Origin: Nannocystis bainbridge
GTDB taxonomy: Bacteria > Myxococcota_A > Polyangia > Nannocystales > Nannocystaceae
Assembly (NCBI RefSeq): GCF_028368995.1
Contig: NZ_JAQNDL010000002.1
Span: forward strand, 384,001-448,000
Length of the DNA stretch: 64,000 nt
Direction: 5' to 3'
Numbering within the stretch: the first letter of the stretch is position 1; each line of letters starts with the position of its first letter. Under the pieces are notes generated by a model, which saw only the letters and a program-made list of their open reading frames with translations, was not told the DNA's origin and ran no database searches. Of this stretch, positions 1 through 13,983 are shown one piece after another. The translations under genes were made by a program, and so were the position numbers.

Positions 1-442
1 CCTGCCAGTCGAAGCCGGGATCGATGACGACGGCCAGCGGGACGCCGTAGCTCTCGCGCGGGTTGGCGAGCAAGTCGCGGTCAGGGTTGTCGCTGGCGAT
101 GTCGTAGGAGAAGGTGCCGTCCTCCCAGCGGGTGACGCCGCTGAAGGCCTTGGCGTACGGGTCGGTGAGGAGGTTGCGCGGGTTGAAGCGCAGGCCCTCC
201 TCGGGGGCCCAGGGGCCGTAGACGTGGTAACCGTAGAGCTGGCCCGGACCGACGCCCTCGACAAAGGCGTGCCAGACAAAGGCGGTGCGCTCGCGCAAGG
301 GGACGCGCTGCTCGCCGCCCTGGTCGTCGACGAGGACGAGCTCGACGCGCGAGGCGTGCTCGCTGTAGAGGGCAAAATTGACGCCGGTGCGACCGTCCCA
401 GGTCGCTCCGAGCGGATAGGCATTGCCAGGTCGGACGCGCAT
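1..442 (-). CDS. glgX: Glycogen debranching enzyme GlgX, 5' part (runs off the window)
   Basis: Manual translation from ATG 442: MRVRPGNAYPLGATWDGRTGVNFALYSEHA...VWHAFVEGVGPGQLYGYHVYGPWAPEEGLRFNPRNLLTDPYAKA, the classic GlgX/isoamylase N-terminus. Confidence 0.92.
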   Translation of the reverse strand, partial: MRVRPGNAYPLGATWDGRTGVNFALYSEHASRVELVLVDDQGGEQRVPLRERTAFVWHAFVEGVGPGQLYGYHVYGPWAPEEGLRFNPRNLLTDPYAKAFSGVTRWEDGTFSYDIASDNPDRDLLANPRESYGVPLAVVIDPGFDWQ

Positions 443-1067
443 GGCAGGCCTCGCTGTCACGATCGCGGGAGGACGGTGAGGGAGGCGCGCGGGGGGAGAT
501 CGACGGGCTTTTTCGCGGGATGGAGTCGCTGGGTCATGTCGGTCCGTGGCCTGTCGCGCCTGGGTCCGGTGAGAGACGTGGCGAGAAATCCGAGGCGAGC
601 AAACACTGTCCGGGATTCGCTCGCCGGCGGCAGTCTGGGCGGCACGGGTCAGGCTTTCAGCGGTGACAGGATGCGGTTGGCGTGAGGCGCGCGGAGCCCA
701 GCGCGGAATATGGGCCGGCGTTTGGTGGTGCGATGGGGTGCTGCGCGTGCCGAGCGCGAGCCGCGGGGTTCGAGCTGCGGGAGCTCGGTCTGGCCACGGG
801 TGCACCGGGTCGCGGTCGCAGGCCCCGCCTGCTGGCTCGGGTTCGATGGCTCACCGTGGTGGTACAGGGCGGCGGCTGATTCGGACGCGAGCGCACCCGG
901 CGGCGGACGGCGGAGGCATGGAAGGGCGTGTCAGGGGCGCAGAACAGGTGACTTCGCGGGACACCGTACATCTGCTGCAGCGGCTGACGTTCCTACTCTT
1001 CATCTTCTACCCGGGCTGGTGGACGAAGGCGCTGGGCGTGTTGGGCATCCTTGGCCTTACCACGCTG

Positions 1068-1223
1068 GTCCGCGTATCTGCGCGCCGCCGTCGACTGGAT
1101 TCGTCGCTGGGTCGGGTGCTTGCTGCGGGGCCTAAGGACGCCCTCGATGACACTGACCATGAGTGACGGGCAATCGTACGAACTCGCCGTGCTTGGAAGC
1201 AATGCGAATCGACGGGCGCCTCG
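1068..1223. repeat. Diverged ~150-bp repeat, copy 1 (copy 2 at 3376-3524)
   Basis: Both copies share gtccgcgtatc...tcgggtgcttgctgcggggccta...ccctcgatgac...agcaatgcgaatcgacgggcgcctcg. Confidence 0.85.
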
Positions 1224-1313
1224 GTCGTCGACGCCAGGTCTGCGGGCTGGCGACGCAAGCGGCAGGTCGTAGGGACTCGGCGGGACGCCGCGCGCGAACA
1301 CCAGCGCGCGGCG

Positions 1314-1349
1314 CCCTTGCGACATGTCTTTTGGAGCATGTCGCAAGGG
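1314..1349. repeat. Two-unit CATG-palindrome hairpin, possible terminator
   Basis: cccttgcgacatgtct-tttg-gagcatgtcgcaaggg; CATG at 1323 and 1337 (14 bp apart); just past the stop at 1378. Confidence 0.7.
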
Positions 1350-1377
1350 CAACGTACAGAGTACGTCGGGGCTCGCG

Positions 1378-2280
1378 TCAGGGGTTGATGATCGTGTACG
1401 GGGTCCAGGCCAGGCCCCAGCCGTAGTCAGGGTCGACCGGCGGGTCGTTGTTGACGAAGTTCGACAGCCGGCCGCGGTAGCGCGCGCCGCCGGGGTGGTA
1501 CGCGTAGAAGGTGTAGGCGTCCTGCTGCGAGTTCGGGGCGGCGTCGAGGAAGTGGGTCTCCACGGTGCTCCACACGCCGCTTTGCAGCTTCTCGATGCGC
1601 AGCCACTTGTCGTCGACGTCTTCGCTGCCGTTGTGATCGGCGACGCAACCGCCGATCCAGGTCTTGGTGTTGGGGCTGGACCCCGGGGCGAAGTACAGCG
1701 GCGACGCGAGGTACTCCTGCACGTAGTGGTCGGCGGCGTCGTACTGGCTGAGGGGGTTCAGGTCGGCGTGCCACGAGTTGACCCAATTGGTGGCAGTGCA
1801 GTAGCCGCCGATCGGGTGGAAGCCCTCCTCGCTGAGGTCCTCCGGCGACATCGTCACCCGCGGGTTGGCCTTCAGGGGCCGCGGCGGCTGCTTGGCGACC
1901 TCGTCGTGGTGCAGGGTCAGGCGCGCGAGCACGGCCGGCTCGTCGCCCTCGGCGGCGAGGTAGATCTCGAGCGGGGTCGGGTCCTCGGCCTGGACCTTGA
2001 TCAGCGCCGACGGTTGCCGCGCGCTGCGGGTCTCCAACACCGCGATGCCATCCTCGAGGTCGAGGAAGGTGAGCCGCGCCCCCTGGGCCCCCTCGATCGA
2101 GGCCAGCACGGTGCCGATCGGCTCGTCCGACACCGGCGCGTCGTCGGCGTCGAACACCACCTCATTGTTGCTCTCCGGCGCCGTGTCCGGGTCACACGCG
2201 GGCGCCAGCACCAGCGCACCCACAGCCACCTTGGTCATCATCCGCGAAACAATCGATTGCATCGTCATTGGTTGGTCCAT
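1378..2280 (-). CDS. Hypothetical secreted lipoprotein
   Basis: 300-aa ORF with high-GC codon pattern; signal peptide ending LAPAC, then an acidic linker and an aromatic-rich C-terminal domain. Confidence 0.75.
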   Translation of the reverse strand: MDQPMTMQSIVSRMMTKVAVGALVLAPACDPDTAPESNNEVVFDADDAPVSDEPIGTVLASIEGAQGARLTFLDLEDGIAVLETRSARQPSALIKVQAEDPTPLEIYLAAEGDEPAVLARLTLHHDEVAKQPPRPLKANPRVTMSPEDLSEEGFHPIGGYCTATNWVNSWHADLNPLSQYDAADHYVQEYLASPLYFAPGSSPNTKTWIGGCVADHNGSEDVDDKWLRIEKLQSGVWSTVETHFLDAAPNSQQDAYTFYAYHPGGARYRGRLSNFVNNDPPVDPDYGWGLAWTPYTIINP

Positions 2281-2461
2281 TCACGAGATGCACGACGATG
2301 CGAGCGGCCTATCCGCGAGCGATCGTCGGTGCGTCAGACTCGTGGCTGGTTGAGCAACCGACGTGCCGCAAAATTGTCGAATAAAGTCGCGGCACCGCGC
2401 GATGGACCGCGAGCGAGGGCCCCATGGGGCCCCATGGGACACTCGCTCGCCATCTGGCCGA

Positions 2462-2803
2462 TCACTTCTTCGCGGGCGGGTTGTTGTCGCGACCGCCTCC
2501 CGACTCGTTGCCGCCGCCGCCCTGTTTGCCGCCGCCACCCTGAGTACCGCCGCCCTGTTTGCCGCCGCCCTGGTTGCCGCCGCCCTGGTTGCCGGCGTTG
2601 GCCTGGTTGCCGCCGACCTGCTGGTTGGCGTCGCTGGGCTGACTGCCGCCGGTCCGCGGATTTGTATTCGTGAGTTGGTCGTTGCCCTGGTCGCCGCCGG
2701 ACGGGTTGCCGCCGATGCCTTGATTGGCGTCGCTGGGCCGGCTGATGTCGGGGCCCTGATTGGCGTCATTGGGCTGATTTTGGTTCGGACCGTTGTTGCT
2801 CAT
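2462..2803 (-). CDS. Small G/N/Q-rich disordered, hydrophilin-like protein
   Basis: 113 aa; PxDANQ x3 and (N/K/T)QGGG repeats; ggagaag RBS-like element upstream. Confidence 0.65.
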   Translation of the reverse strand: MSNNGPNQNQPNDANQGPDISRPSDANQGIGGNPSGGDQGNDQLTNTNPRTGGSQPSDANQQVGGNQANAGNQGGGNQGGGKQGGGTQGGGGKQGGGGNESGGGRDNNPPAKK

Positions 2804-2923
2804 GGGTGCTCTTCCTCCGGGGAGAGAACCGTGGTGCGGGTCGGGGCGAGCGGCAAGCCGATCCGGGGATCAACGGGAGCTACGCGAGGGCGCCGTCGAC
2901 GAGGCCGGTGGGCGCGGTAGTGT

Positions 2924-3322
2924 TCAGCGGGCTGGGCCGCGGACGAGGACGCGGCCGCGGGGCGGGGCGGCGGGGGTCGACGTCGTCGTCGACGCATTGT
3001 TGCCGACGCCCTGGCAGCGCGGGCAATAATAGGTGGTGCGGCCGAGGGTGCCCTGGCGGCGCATGGCGATCGGGGTGTTGCAGCGGGGGCAAAGCTCGCC
3101 CGAGCGGTTGTAGACCCAGGCGTTGGCGCCGCCGCTGTCCCATCGGGTCTTGCGCGGGCCGGCGCCGAGGTTGCGGCGCATCCATTTGCGGGCCTCGATG
3201 GTGGTGAGCGTGCGGCCGACGGGCGCGACCTCGGGGATCACCGATTCGAAGCGGGTGACGGTCTGGCCGACCATGACCTGCAGGCGGGCCGCGACCTTGA
3301 AGAGGGTGTCGCCCTCGGGCAC
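2924..3322 (-). pseudogene. Internally deleted duplicate of nei (in-frame, 132 aa)
   Basis: Near-identical to 4862-5722 but lacks 462 bp (5130-5591); keeps the PE start and the zinc finger. Confidence 0.85.
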
Positions 3323-3375
3323 GGGTCAGCGCCTCCTCGCGCCGGGGCGCGGCGGGTGTGTCGTGTCGCCCCTTC

Positions 3376-3524
3376 GTCCGCGTATCGGCGCGTCGCCGAC
3401 GACTGGATCCGTCGCTCGATCGGGTGCTTGCTGCGGGGCCTACGGAGGCCCTCGATGACGCCGACCAGGATGACGAATCGTACGTCACCACACGTGACAG
3501 CAATGCGAATCGACGGGCGCCTCG
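3376..3524. repeat. Diverged ~150-bp repeat, copy 2
   Basis: Aligns by eye to 1068-1223. Confidence 0.85.
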
Positions 3525-3606
3525 CTGGCGGGACCACGAGGTCGGCCTGCGCCGACACAGCGGTCGGCCGCCGTGCCCGGCGCCTCGATCATTTCTTGGC
3601 CGGGTT

Positions 3607-3738
3607 TGCCTGCCGTTCTGCGACCTCACCGAGCCGAACACCTGCCCCGGCCAGGGCCTGGCGTGCGTCGCCTGGTACGAGGCGGGTCACGAGCCGCCCG
3701 GCCTCGAGGACGTCGGCCTCTGCGCCGTGATGCCCTGA
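3607..3738 (+). pseudogene. Orphan 3' tail of a Cys-rich lipoprotein gene (family of 33466-34437)
   Basis: CLPFCDLTEPNTCPGQGLACVAWYEAGHEPPGLEDVGLCAVMP* vs CLPFCDVSTANTCPGQGQECLAWSEMGQAPPGLENVGFCGIPSP*. Confidence 0.8.
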
Positions 3739-3762
3739 TGGGGCGCGGTGCGAGGCCGGCGG

Positions 3763-4164
3763 CTATCCCGTCGCGCGCGCGCCGGACGACGGACGCGCGA
3801 GCGCGGCCGGGAACATGCCGAGCGCGATGCACAGCGCCTCGCCGGCCTCGACCAGATCGTCGATCAGCATCTCGTCGCCGACCGCGCTGTAGACGATCCG
3901 GCCCGCGTAGTTGATCATGTCGGTCCCGGCGTAGAGCTGCTGCGTCACCACGTCCGCCGCGACGCCGTCGAGGTCGAGCGCGTTGGGGAGCAGGCGGTTG
4001 AACTCGGCCATGTCCTCGCCGTTGTAGGCCATGTTGCCGGCGAGGTACTGCACGTGCTGGGTCTGGGACCCGAGGTTGGCGCCGAGGAAGTTGTAGCGAA
4101 TATTGGTATTCGCGACCTCGGCGACCCACTGGTTGTCGATGATCTGAATCAGCAGAGCAGGCAT
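3763..4164 (-). CDS. Hypothetical protein
   Basis: 133 aa; ggag RBS; starts 9 bp after the upstream gene stop; protein-like composition. Confidence 0.7.
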   Translation of the reverse strand: MPALLIQIIDNQWVAEVANTNIRYNFLGANLGSQTQHVQYLAGNMAYNGEDMAEFNRLLPNALDLDGVAADVVTQQLYAGTDMINYAGRIVYSAVGDEMLIDDLVEAGEALCIALGMFPAALARPSSGARATG

Positions 4165-4173
4165 GGTATCTCC

Positions 4174-4635
4174 TCAGGCGTCCTGGATGGTGACGGTCAC
4201 CGACAGGCTGGAGTGCGACGAGGTCGGCACGGCGGTGATCTTGAAGCCGAGGCTCGACGGCCAGGTGTAGTTGTCCGAGGGGTCGGAGAGCTGCACCCAA
4301 TTGATGTTGCTGTTGTCCAGCGACGAATCGTTCATGTGGTACCAGTAGGGCCGGTCGCCCATGCCGATGACCTGCATCCCCGCCCACAGCTTGATGCCGA
4401 ACCGCTGGCTGCCGTTGTTCCAGCAGCACCAGATCCCGGCGTCGCCGTCGGCGATCGAGCCGCCCAGGTCTTGCTGGTATTGGAGGACGCCCGAGCCCGC
4501 ATAGGCCTGCAGCGAGGTCGGCGGCTGCTGGCTGATGCCGGCCACGCCTGCCTGGGTCTGCCACCCCATCACGTCGCGTTGCCACTGGGTCGAGGAGTAG
4601 TTGGTGAAGATCGCGGTCAGTACGGTGTTGGACAT
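4174..4635 (-). CDS. Hypothetical beta-rich protein (tentatively aegerolysin/lectin-like)
   Basis: 153 aa from ATG 4635 with aggag RBS; W/N/S/Q-rich with alternating beta-strand patterns; no signal peptide. Confidence 0.7.
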   Translation of the reverse strand: MSNTVLTAIFTNYSSTQWQRDVMGWQTQAGVAGISQQPPTSLQAYAGSGVLQYQQDLGGSIADGDAGIWCCWNNGSQRFGIKLWAGMQVIGMGDRPYWYHMNDSSLDNSNINWVQLSDPSDNYTWPSSLGFKITAVPTSSHSSLSVTVTIQDA

Positions 4636-4861
4636 GGTGCGCTCCTGTTCGGCGCTGCGGTGATTCATCCGCCGCGCGCCGCCTTGCCTGGGGAGTCGCG
4701 GGCCCCTCCGTTTTGATCAGACCGCGATACGATTTTTTTTCGCGTCGGCGTGCGCGCCCAGCGCCGCGAGCCGGGCGTCGAGCTCGGCGACTGCGGCGGC
4801 GCTGCCGGCCACCCGGGCCGTGGCCGCGCGGGCCTCGACCAGCGCCGCGCGGGCCGGGGTT

Positions 4862-5722
4862 TCAGCGGGCTGGGCCGCGGACGAGGACGCGGCCGCGGGG
4901 CGGGGCGGCGGGGGTCGACGTCGTCGTCGACGCATTGTTGCCGACGCCCTGGCAGCGCGGGCAATAATAGGTGGTGCGGCCGAGGGTGCCCTGGCGGCGC
5001 ATGGCGATCGGGGTGTTGCAGCGGGGGCACAGCTCGCCCGAGCGGTTGTAGACCCAGGTGTTGGCGCCGCCGCTGTCCCATCGGGTCTTGCGCGGGCCGG
5101 CGCCGAGGTTGCGGCGCATCCATTTGCGGCCGGCTTCCAGCAATCGTCGAAGGGTCGGATCGTCGTACTCGCCGACGGGCTTGAACGGGTCGAGGCGCTC
5201 CATGAACAGCAGCTCGCTCTTGTAGACGTTGCCGAGGCCGGCGACGAGGCGCTGGTCGAGCATGGCCTCGCCGAGCGGGCGCTTGGGGTCGTTGCGCAGG
5301 CGCTCGAGGGCGAGCGCGACGGTCTGGTCAGGATCGTCGGGGCCGAGCAGGTCGGGGCCGAGCGCGGACAGCACGGGGTGGTGCTCGACCTCCCAGGCGC
5401 TGAGCCACTCGACGACGGGGGCGTAGAAGCAGACGGCGAGCCATTCGGCGGTGCCGACGACGGCGCGGGCGGCGGTGGCGGGCTTGCGCCACGCGACCTG
5501 CGGGCGATAGAGGTGCCAGCTGCCCTCCATGCGCAAATGGGTGTAGAGCGCGTGGGTGGCGTCGAACCAGATGAGCAGGTTCTTGCCGCGGGCCTCGATG
5601 GTTGTGAGCGTGCGGCCGACGGGCGCGACCTCGGGGATCACCGATTCGAAGCGGGTGACGGTCTGGCCGACCATGACCTGCAGGCGGGCCGCGACCTTGA
5701 AGAGTGTGTCGCCCTCGGGCAC
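4862..5722 (-). CDS. nei: Fpg/Nei family DNA glycosylase/AP lyase (Nei2-like)
   Basis: MPEGDT start, RGKNL, HLRMEGSW, H2TH motif LDQRLVAGLGNVYKSE, zinc finger CPRC...CPRCQ; adjacent to lhr. Confidence 0.93.
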   Translation of the reverse strand: MPEGDTLFKVAARLQVMVGQTVTRFESVIPEVAPVGRTLTTIEARGKNLLIWFDATHALYTHLRMEGSWHLYRPQVAWRKPATAARAVVGTAEWLAVCFYAPVVEWLSAWEVEHHPVLSALGPDLLGPDDPDQTVALALERLRNDPKRPLGEAMLDQRLVAGLGNVYKSELLFMERLDPFKPVGEYDDPTLRRLLEAGRKWMRRNLGAGPRKTRWDSGGANTWVYNRSGELCPRCNTPIAMRRQGTLGRTTYYCPRCQGVGNNASTTTSTPAAPPRGRVLVRGPAR

Positions 5723-5725
5723 GGG

Positions 5726-10213
<4,488 letters not shown>

Positions 10214-10342
10214 GCCTGAATGTGGCCGAGTTGGCTGCACATGCAAGCAGCGGCGCCGGCGAGCCCAGCCGTGGACGCGCGGGAGAGCGGCGCGCACGGC
10301 CCGGCGCGGCGGCGCGGCGTCGTGATCCTCACTCGCGGCGGG

Positions 10343-11563
10343 TTACTTCTTGCGGCCGGTCTTGTAGCGCGGGTTGCTGTCGTGCCACTCGAACGCGCCG
10401 CCCATCCACCCTCGCAGGCCGCGCAAGAACCGCTGCAGCTCGAAGGACGGGACGCCCTGCATGCTGCGGTGGGCGGCCTCGAAGTCGCGCACGAGTTCGT
10501 TGTGGAGCTGGACGGTGACCTCGGTGGCCTCGTCGAGGGAGCAGCCGCGATCGGCGGCGACCTGCAGGACCATGTTGCACGGCGGCTTCTCGTCCTCGAG
10601 GTCCTTGGCGACCGAGTAGAGGTCGTTGACGAGGACGACCGCGGTGCCGGCCAGGAACGCGGCGCGACGGACCCGCGCGTCGTAGAAGAGGTCGGCCGGC
10701 AATCGATAACCGCCGATGACGTCGCACAGCGTCATCGAGGTGTAAAAGCTGTCGTGCTGGCGCGCGGCCAGGTACTTCCAGGCCGGCGGGTACTCGCCGG
10801 TGTGCCGCCAGGCCGCGTAGGCGCTCCACGACACGAACATGGCGAAGGTCGCGTAGCAGGTGCGCTGGACCTGCTCGTGGCTGGCGTGGCGGCCCATGTG
10901 CTCGAGGCCCGAGCGCAGGGCCACGAGCACCCGCTCGTCGTCGATGGCCTGCTGCAGCGGGACGCTGAACTCGCCGGCGCGCGGCAGCGGATCCATGGCG
11001 GCCATCGCCAGCACGAGGCGCGGCGGAAGCTGCTCGGGCACGGCCCCGAGCGCGCTGTCGTCGGCGTAGTAGTCGTCGGCGGCCCACCACGCGGCGTTCA
11101 GCTTGGCGCCGATCAGCAGCCGCTCGGGATCGTCGCAGTCGGGGTGCGTGAGCATGACCAGCCGGCCGAACCGGGTCTTGCGGATCTTGACGACCTCGTC
11201 GTCGTCGAAGCCGCACTCGCTGGCCCACGCCGCCAGGCGCTCGTCGACCACGTCGGCGAGCGGCTCGTTCAAACGCTCGGTGATCGGGCAATACAGCGGC
11301 GAGCCGGTGCCGTCGCCCCACGGCCGCCAGGCGTACGCGGGATCGAGGCTCGGCTGCGGCGCCGGCGGGTCGAGGTCGCCGGCGCGGGCGCGAGTCAGCA
11401 ATTGCGCGAGGCGAGCGGCGGAGGTGCCGAGGCCGCTCGGGCCGGCGAAGAGGGCGGTTACGTCGTTCGGGTCCGTCATGCGCTTGGCCTCGGTCATCGC
11501 TCGCTCGCGTGGCAAAAGAAGGTCGCCGGCCGGTATGTGCATACCGACCGGCGACGCCGTCAT
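10343..11563 (-). CDS. mic: 2-methylisoborneol synthase (terpene cyclase, encapsulin cargo)
   Basis: DDYYADD and NDLYSVAKD motifs, WH...RY tail, N-terminal GPSGLGTSAARL; next to GPP methyltransferase. Confidence 0.9.
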   Translation of the reverse strand: MTASPVGMHIPAGDLLLPRERAMTEAKRMTDPNDVTALFAGPSGLGTSAARLAQLLTRARAGDLDPPAPQPSLDPAYAWRPWGDGTGSPLYCPITERLNEPLADVVDERLAAWASECGFDDDEVVKIRKTRFGRLVMLTHPDCDDPERLLIGAKLNAAWWAADDYYADDSALGAVPEQLPPRLVLAMAAMDPLPRAGEFSVPLQQAIDDERVLVALRSGLEHMGRHASHEQVQRTCYATFAMFVSWSAYAAWRHTGEYPPAWKYLAARQHDSFYTSMTLCDVIGGYRLPADLFYDARVRRAAFLAGTAVVLVNDLYSVAKDLEDEKPPCNMVLQVAADRGCSLDEATEVTVQLHNELVRDFEAAHRSMQGVPSFELQRFLRGLRGWMGGAFEWHDSNPRYKTGRKK

Positions 11564-11564
11564 G

Positions 11565-12431
11565 TCAGCGGACGATCCGGTCCGCGACGATCAGGAGGTA
11601 GTGGAAGCTGCCCTCCTTGTAGGCGCGCAGGAACGGGTCCTCGACGCCGGTGGCGACCGACGCGTGGGTCCGCAGCTCCCAGTACGGGATGGTGTCGGGG
11701 GTCAGGTCGGTGACCTCGATCGGCACCAGGTTGTTGGCGGCCATCGCCTTGAAGTAGTCGCTGCGCGGGTGGATGTTGCAGATGTACTTGGCGTCGATCT
11801 CGCTGACGGCGCGCGAGCGGCCGCCGGTGATGTCGTTGTAGCAGCCGGTGATGCAGACGTAGCGCCCGCCGTCCTTCAGCAGCCGCGAGAACTCGGCGTA
11901 CAGCTTGAACAGGTCGACGTACATCGTGGTCTCGTTGGTCCAGATGGCGTCGATCGAGCCGGTGTCGATGCCGGTGTCGAGCATGTTGCGGAAGTGGTAC
12001 TTCAGCTTGTCGCCGAGCCCGCGCTTGGCGGCCTGCTCGTTGGCGAACCCGACCTGATACTCGGAGATGGAGACGCCGTCGACCTGGCAGCCGAACCGCT
12101 CGTGGGCCATCAGGCTGGTGCCGCCGCGGCCGGAGCCGGCGTCGAGCAGGCGGCTGTCCTTGGTGATCGGGCCGAGCTTGCCGAGCAGGTACTCGGCCTG
12201 GGCGTGCTCGAGCCGGTGCAGCTCGCGGATGATGCTGTCGTCGCGCTTGGCCTCGGGCTCCTCGAGCACCTTCCAGTTGACGGGGCCGATCCCGTAGTGG
12301 TGGTGATAATAGCCGTCGACGTGGCCGAGCAGCAGATTGACGGGGTCGTTCTGGTTGGTGTTCCAGTAGTTGGCGACCGACTTCTGGTATTCGCTGCGCA
12401 GGACGGTGGGAGCCTGAATGGGCGTATTCAT
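11565..12431 (-). CDS. mtf: Geranyl diphosphate 2-C-methyltransferase
   Basis: YQKSVANYW, VNLLLGHVDGYYHHHYGIG, ELHRLE, LDAGSGRGG, NETTMY, YICNIHPR. Confidence 0.93.
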   Translation of the reverse strand: MNTPIQAPTVLRSEYQKSVANYWNTNQNDPVNLLLGHVDGYYHHHYGIGPVNWKVLEEPEAKRDDSIIRELHRLEHAQAEYLLGKLGPITKDSRLLDAGSGRGGTSLMAHERFGCQVDGVSISEYQVGFANEQAAKRGLGDKLKYHFRNMLDTGIDTGSIDAIWTNETTMYVDLFKLYAEFSRLLKDGGRYVCITGCYNDITGGRSRAVSEIDAKYICNIHPRSDYFKAMAANNLVPIEVTDLTPDTIPYWELRTHASVATGVEDPFLRAYKEGSFHYLLIVADRIVR

Positions 12432-12501
12432 GATCGTCTGTTTCTCTTTCGTTGCGCTGTGACGAGGCGCCCCGAGACGGCGCCTGCCTCGGCGAGGGCG
12501 C

Positions 12502-13899
12502 TCAGCGCCCGATCTCGATGTTTTCAAGGATGCCGAGCGCGTCCGGGATCAGGACGGCCGCGGAGTAATAGGTGCTGACGAGGTAGCGGCCGACGGCCTT
12601 CTCGTTGGTGTCCATGCGGCGCACGGACAGGCCGGGCTCACGCTCGTCGGGGAGGCCGCTGCGGTAGAGGCCGATGACGCCCTGGTTGTCCTGCCCGACC
12701 CGCATGGCGAGGATCGAGCTGGTCTGCGTCGCGGAGATCGGGATCTTGTCGCACGGCAAGATCGGTACGCCGCGCCAGCCGGCGACGATCGACCCCTCGT
12801 ATTCGACGTTGGGCGGGTCGAGCCGCCGACGGGTGCACTCGCGGCGGAAGGCGGCGATGGTGCGCGGGTGGGCGAGGAAGAATTTGGTCTTGCGCCGGCG
12901 GCACAGCAGCTCGTCCATGTCGTCGGGCGTCGGCGGGCCGCTGCGGGTGCTGATCCGCTGCTTGTAGTCGGCGTTGTGGAGCAGGCCGAAGTCGAGGTTG
13001 TTGACGAGCTCGTGCTCCTGCCGCTCGCGCAGGGCGTCGATGGTGAGGCGCAGCTGCTCCTCGAGCTGGTCCATCGGCTCGTTGAAGAGGTCCGACACGC
13101 GCGTGTGGAGCTGCAGGATGGTCTGGGCCAGGCTGAGCTCGTACTCGCGGGGCGTGGCCTCGTAGTCGACGAAGGTGCCCGGCAGGGTGACCTCGCCGTG
13201 GTGGCCGGCGGTCAAGCGAATGGCGGCCTGACCGTGCTTGTCCTGCGGGGTCTTCAGCAGCTCCTTGAAGCGCTCGACGTGGGCCCGCAGCTTGGGCGAG
13301 CGGCCGATCAGCTCCTCGAACACCTGCTGCGGCAGCGCCAGCACGGTGCACGGCGTGACCGCCTTGACCGTGTAGTCCCAGGCGTCGTCGTCCTCGACGA
13401 GCGCCTGGTCGCCGAAGTGCGCGCCGTCGGCGATGACTTCGAGCAGGACCTCCTCGCCGTAGGCGCCGCGGCCGAGCTTGTTGGCCTTGCCGTGGACCAG
13501 CAAGTAGACGTGATCCGCCGGTTTGCCGCGCTCGGCGATCGCTTGCCCGGGCTTGAACTCGGCCTGCACGAAGCGGCTGGCCAGGTGCGACAGGACCTCG
13601 TCGTCGTCGAACCCGCGCAGCAGCGGCAGCTCGCCCAGCTCGGCCGGGACGACCTGAGCGCGCGCGCCGATGTTGGTAAACTCGATGCGCCCGTCGCCGA
13701 CAGCGACGTTCATGCGGCGGTTGACGCGGAAGGTGCCGCCGGTGACGTCGACCCAGGGCAGCGAGCGCAGCAGCCACCGCGGCGTGCGGCCCTGGTTCTG
13801 CGGCTCGGTCTTGGTGGTCGTCGCCAGCTGGCGCGCGGCCAGGGTCCCGAGGCTCGTCAGCTGCCCGTCGTCACGCCCGGACTTCTCGAAGATCGACAT
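12502..13899 (-). CDS. Family 2B encapsulin shell protein B (cNMP-binding domain insertion)
   Basis: [11 protein letters not shown], internal cNMP-binding domain, [42 protein letters not shown]. Confidence 0.92.
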   Translation of the reverse strand: MSIFEKSGRDDGQLTSLGTLAARQLATTTKTEPQNQGRTPRWLLRSLPWVDVTGGTFRVNRRMNVAVGDGRIEFTNIGARAQVVPAELGELPLLRGFDDDEVLSHLASRFVQAEFKPGQAIAERGKPADHVYLLVHGKANKLGRGAYGEEVLLEVIADGAHFGDQALVEDDDAWDYTVKAVTPCTVLALPQQVFEELIGRSPKLRAHVERFKELLKTPQDKHGQAAIRLTAGHHGEVTLPGTFVDYEATPREYELSLAQTILQLHTRVSDLFNEPMDQLEEQLRLTIDALRERQEHELVNNLDFGLLHNADYKQRISTRSGPPTPDDMDELLCRRRKTKFFLAHPRTIAAFRRECTRRRLDPPNVEYEGSIVAGWRGVPILPCDKIPISATQTSSILAMRVGQDNQGVIGLYRSGLPDEREPGLSVRRMDTNEKAVGRYLVSTYYSAAVLIPDALGILENIEIGR

Positions 13900-13983
13900 G
13901 ATTTCACCTCTATGCGGGGCTCAAGGATGCGGCGCTCCGATCCACACCGGAGGATCGGAGCGCCGCGGGATGCACGGCGATCG

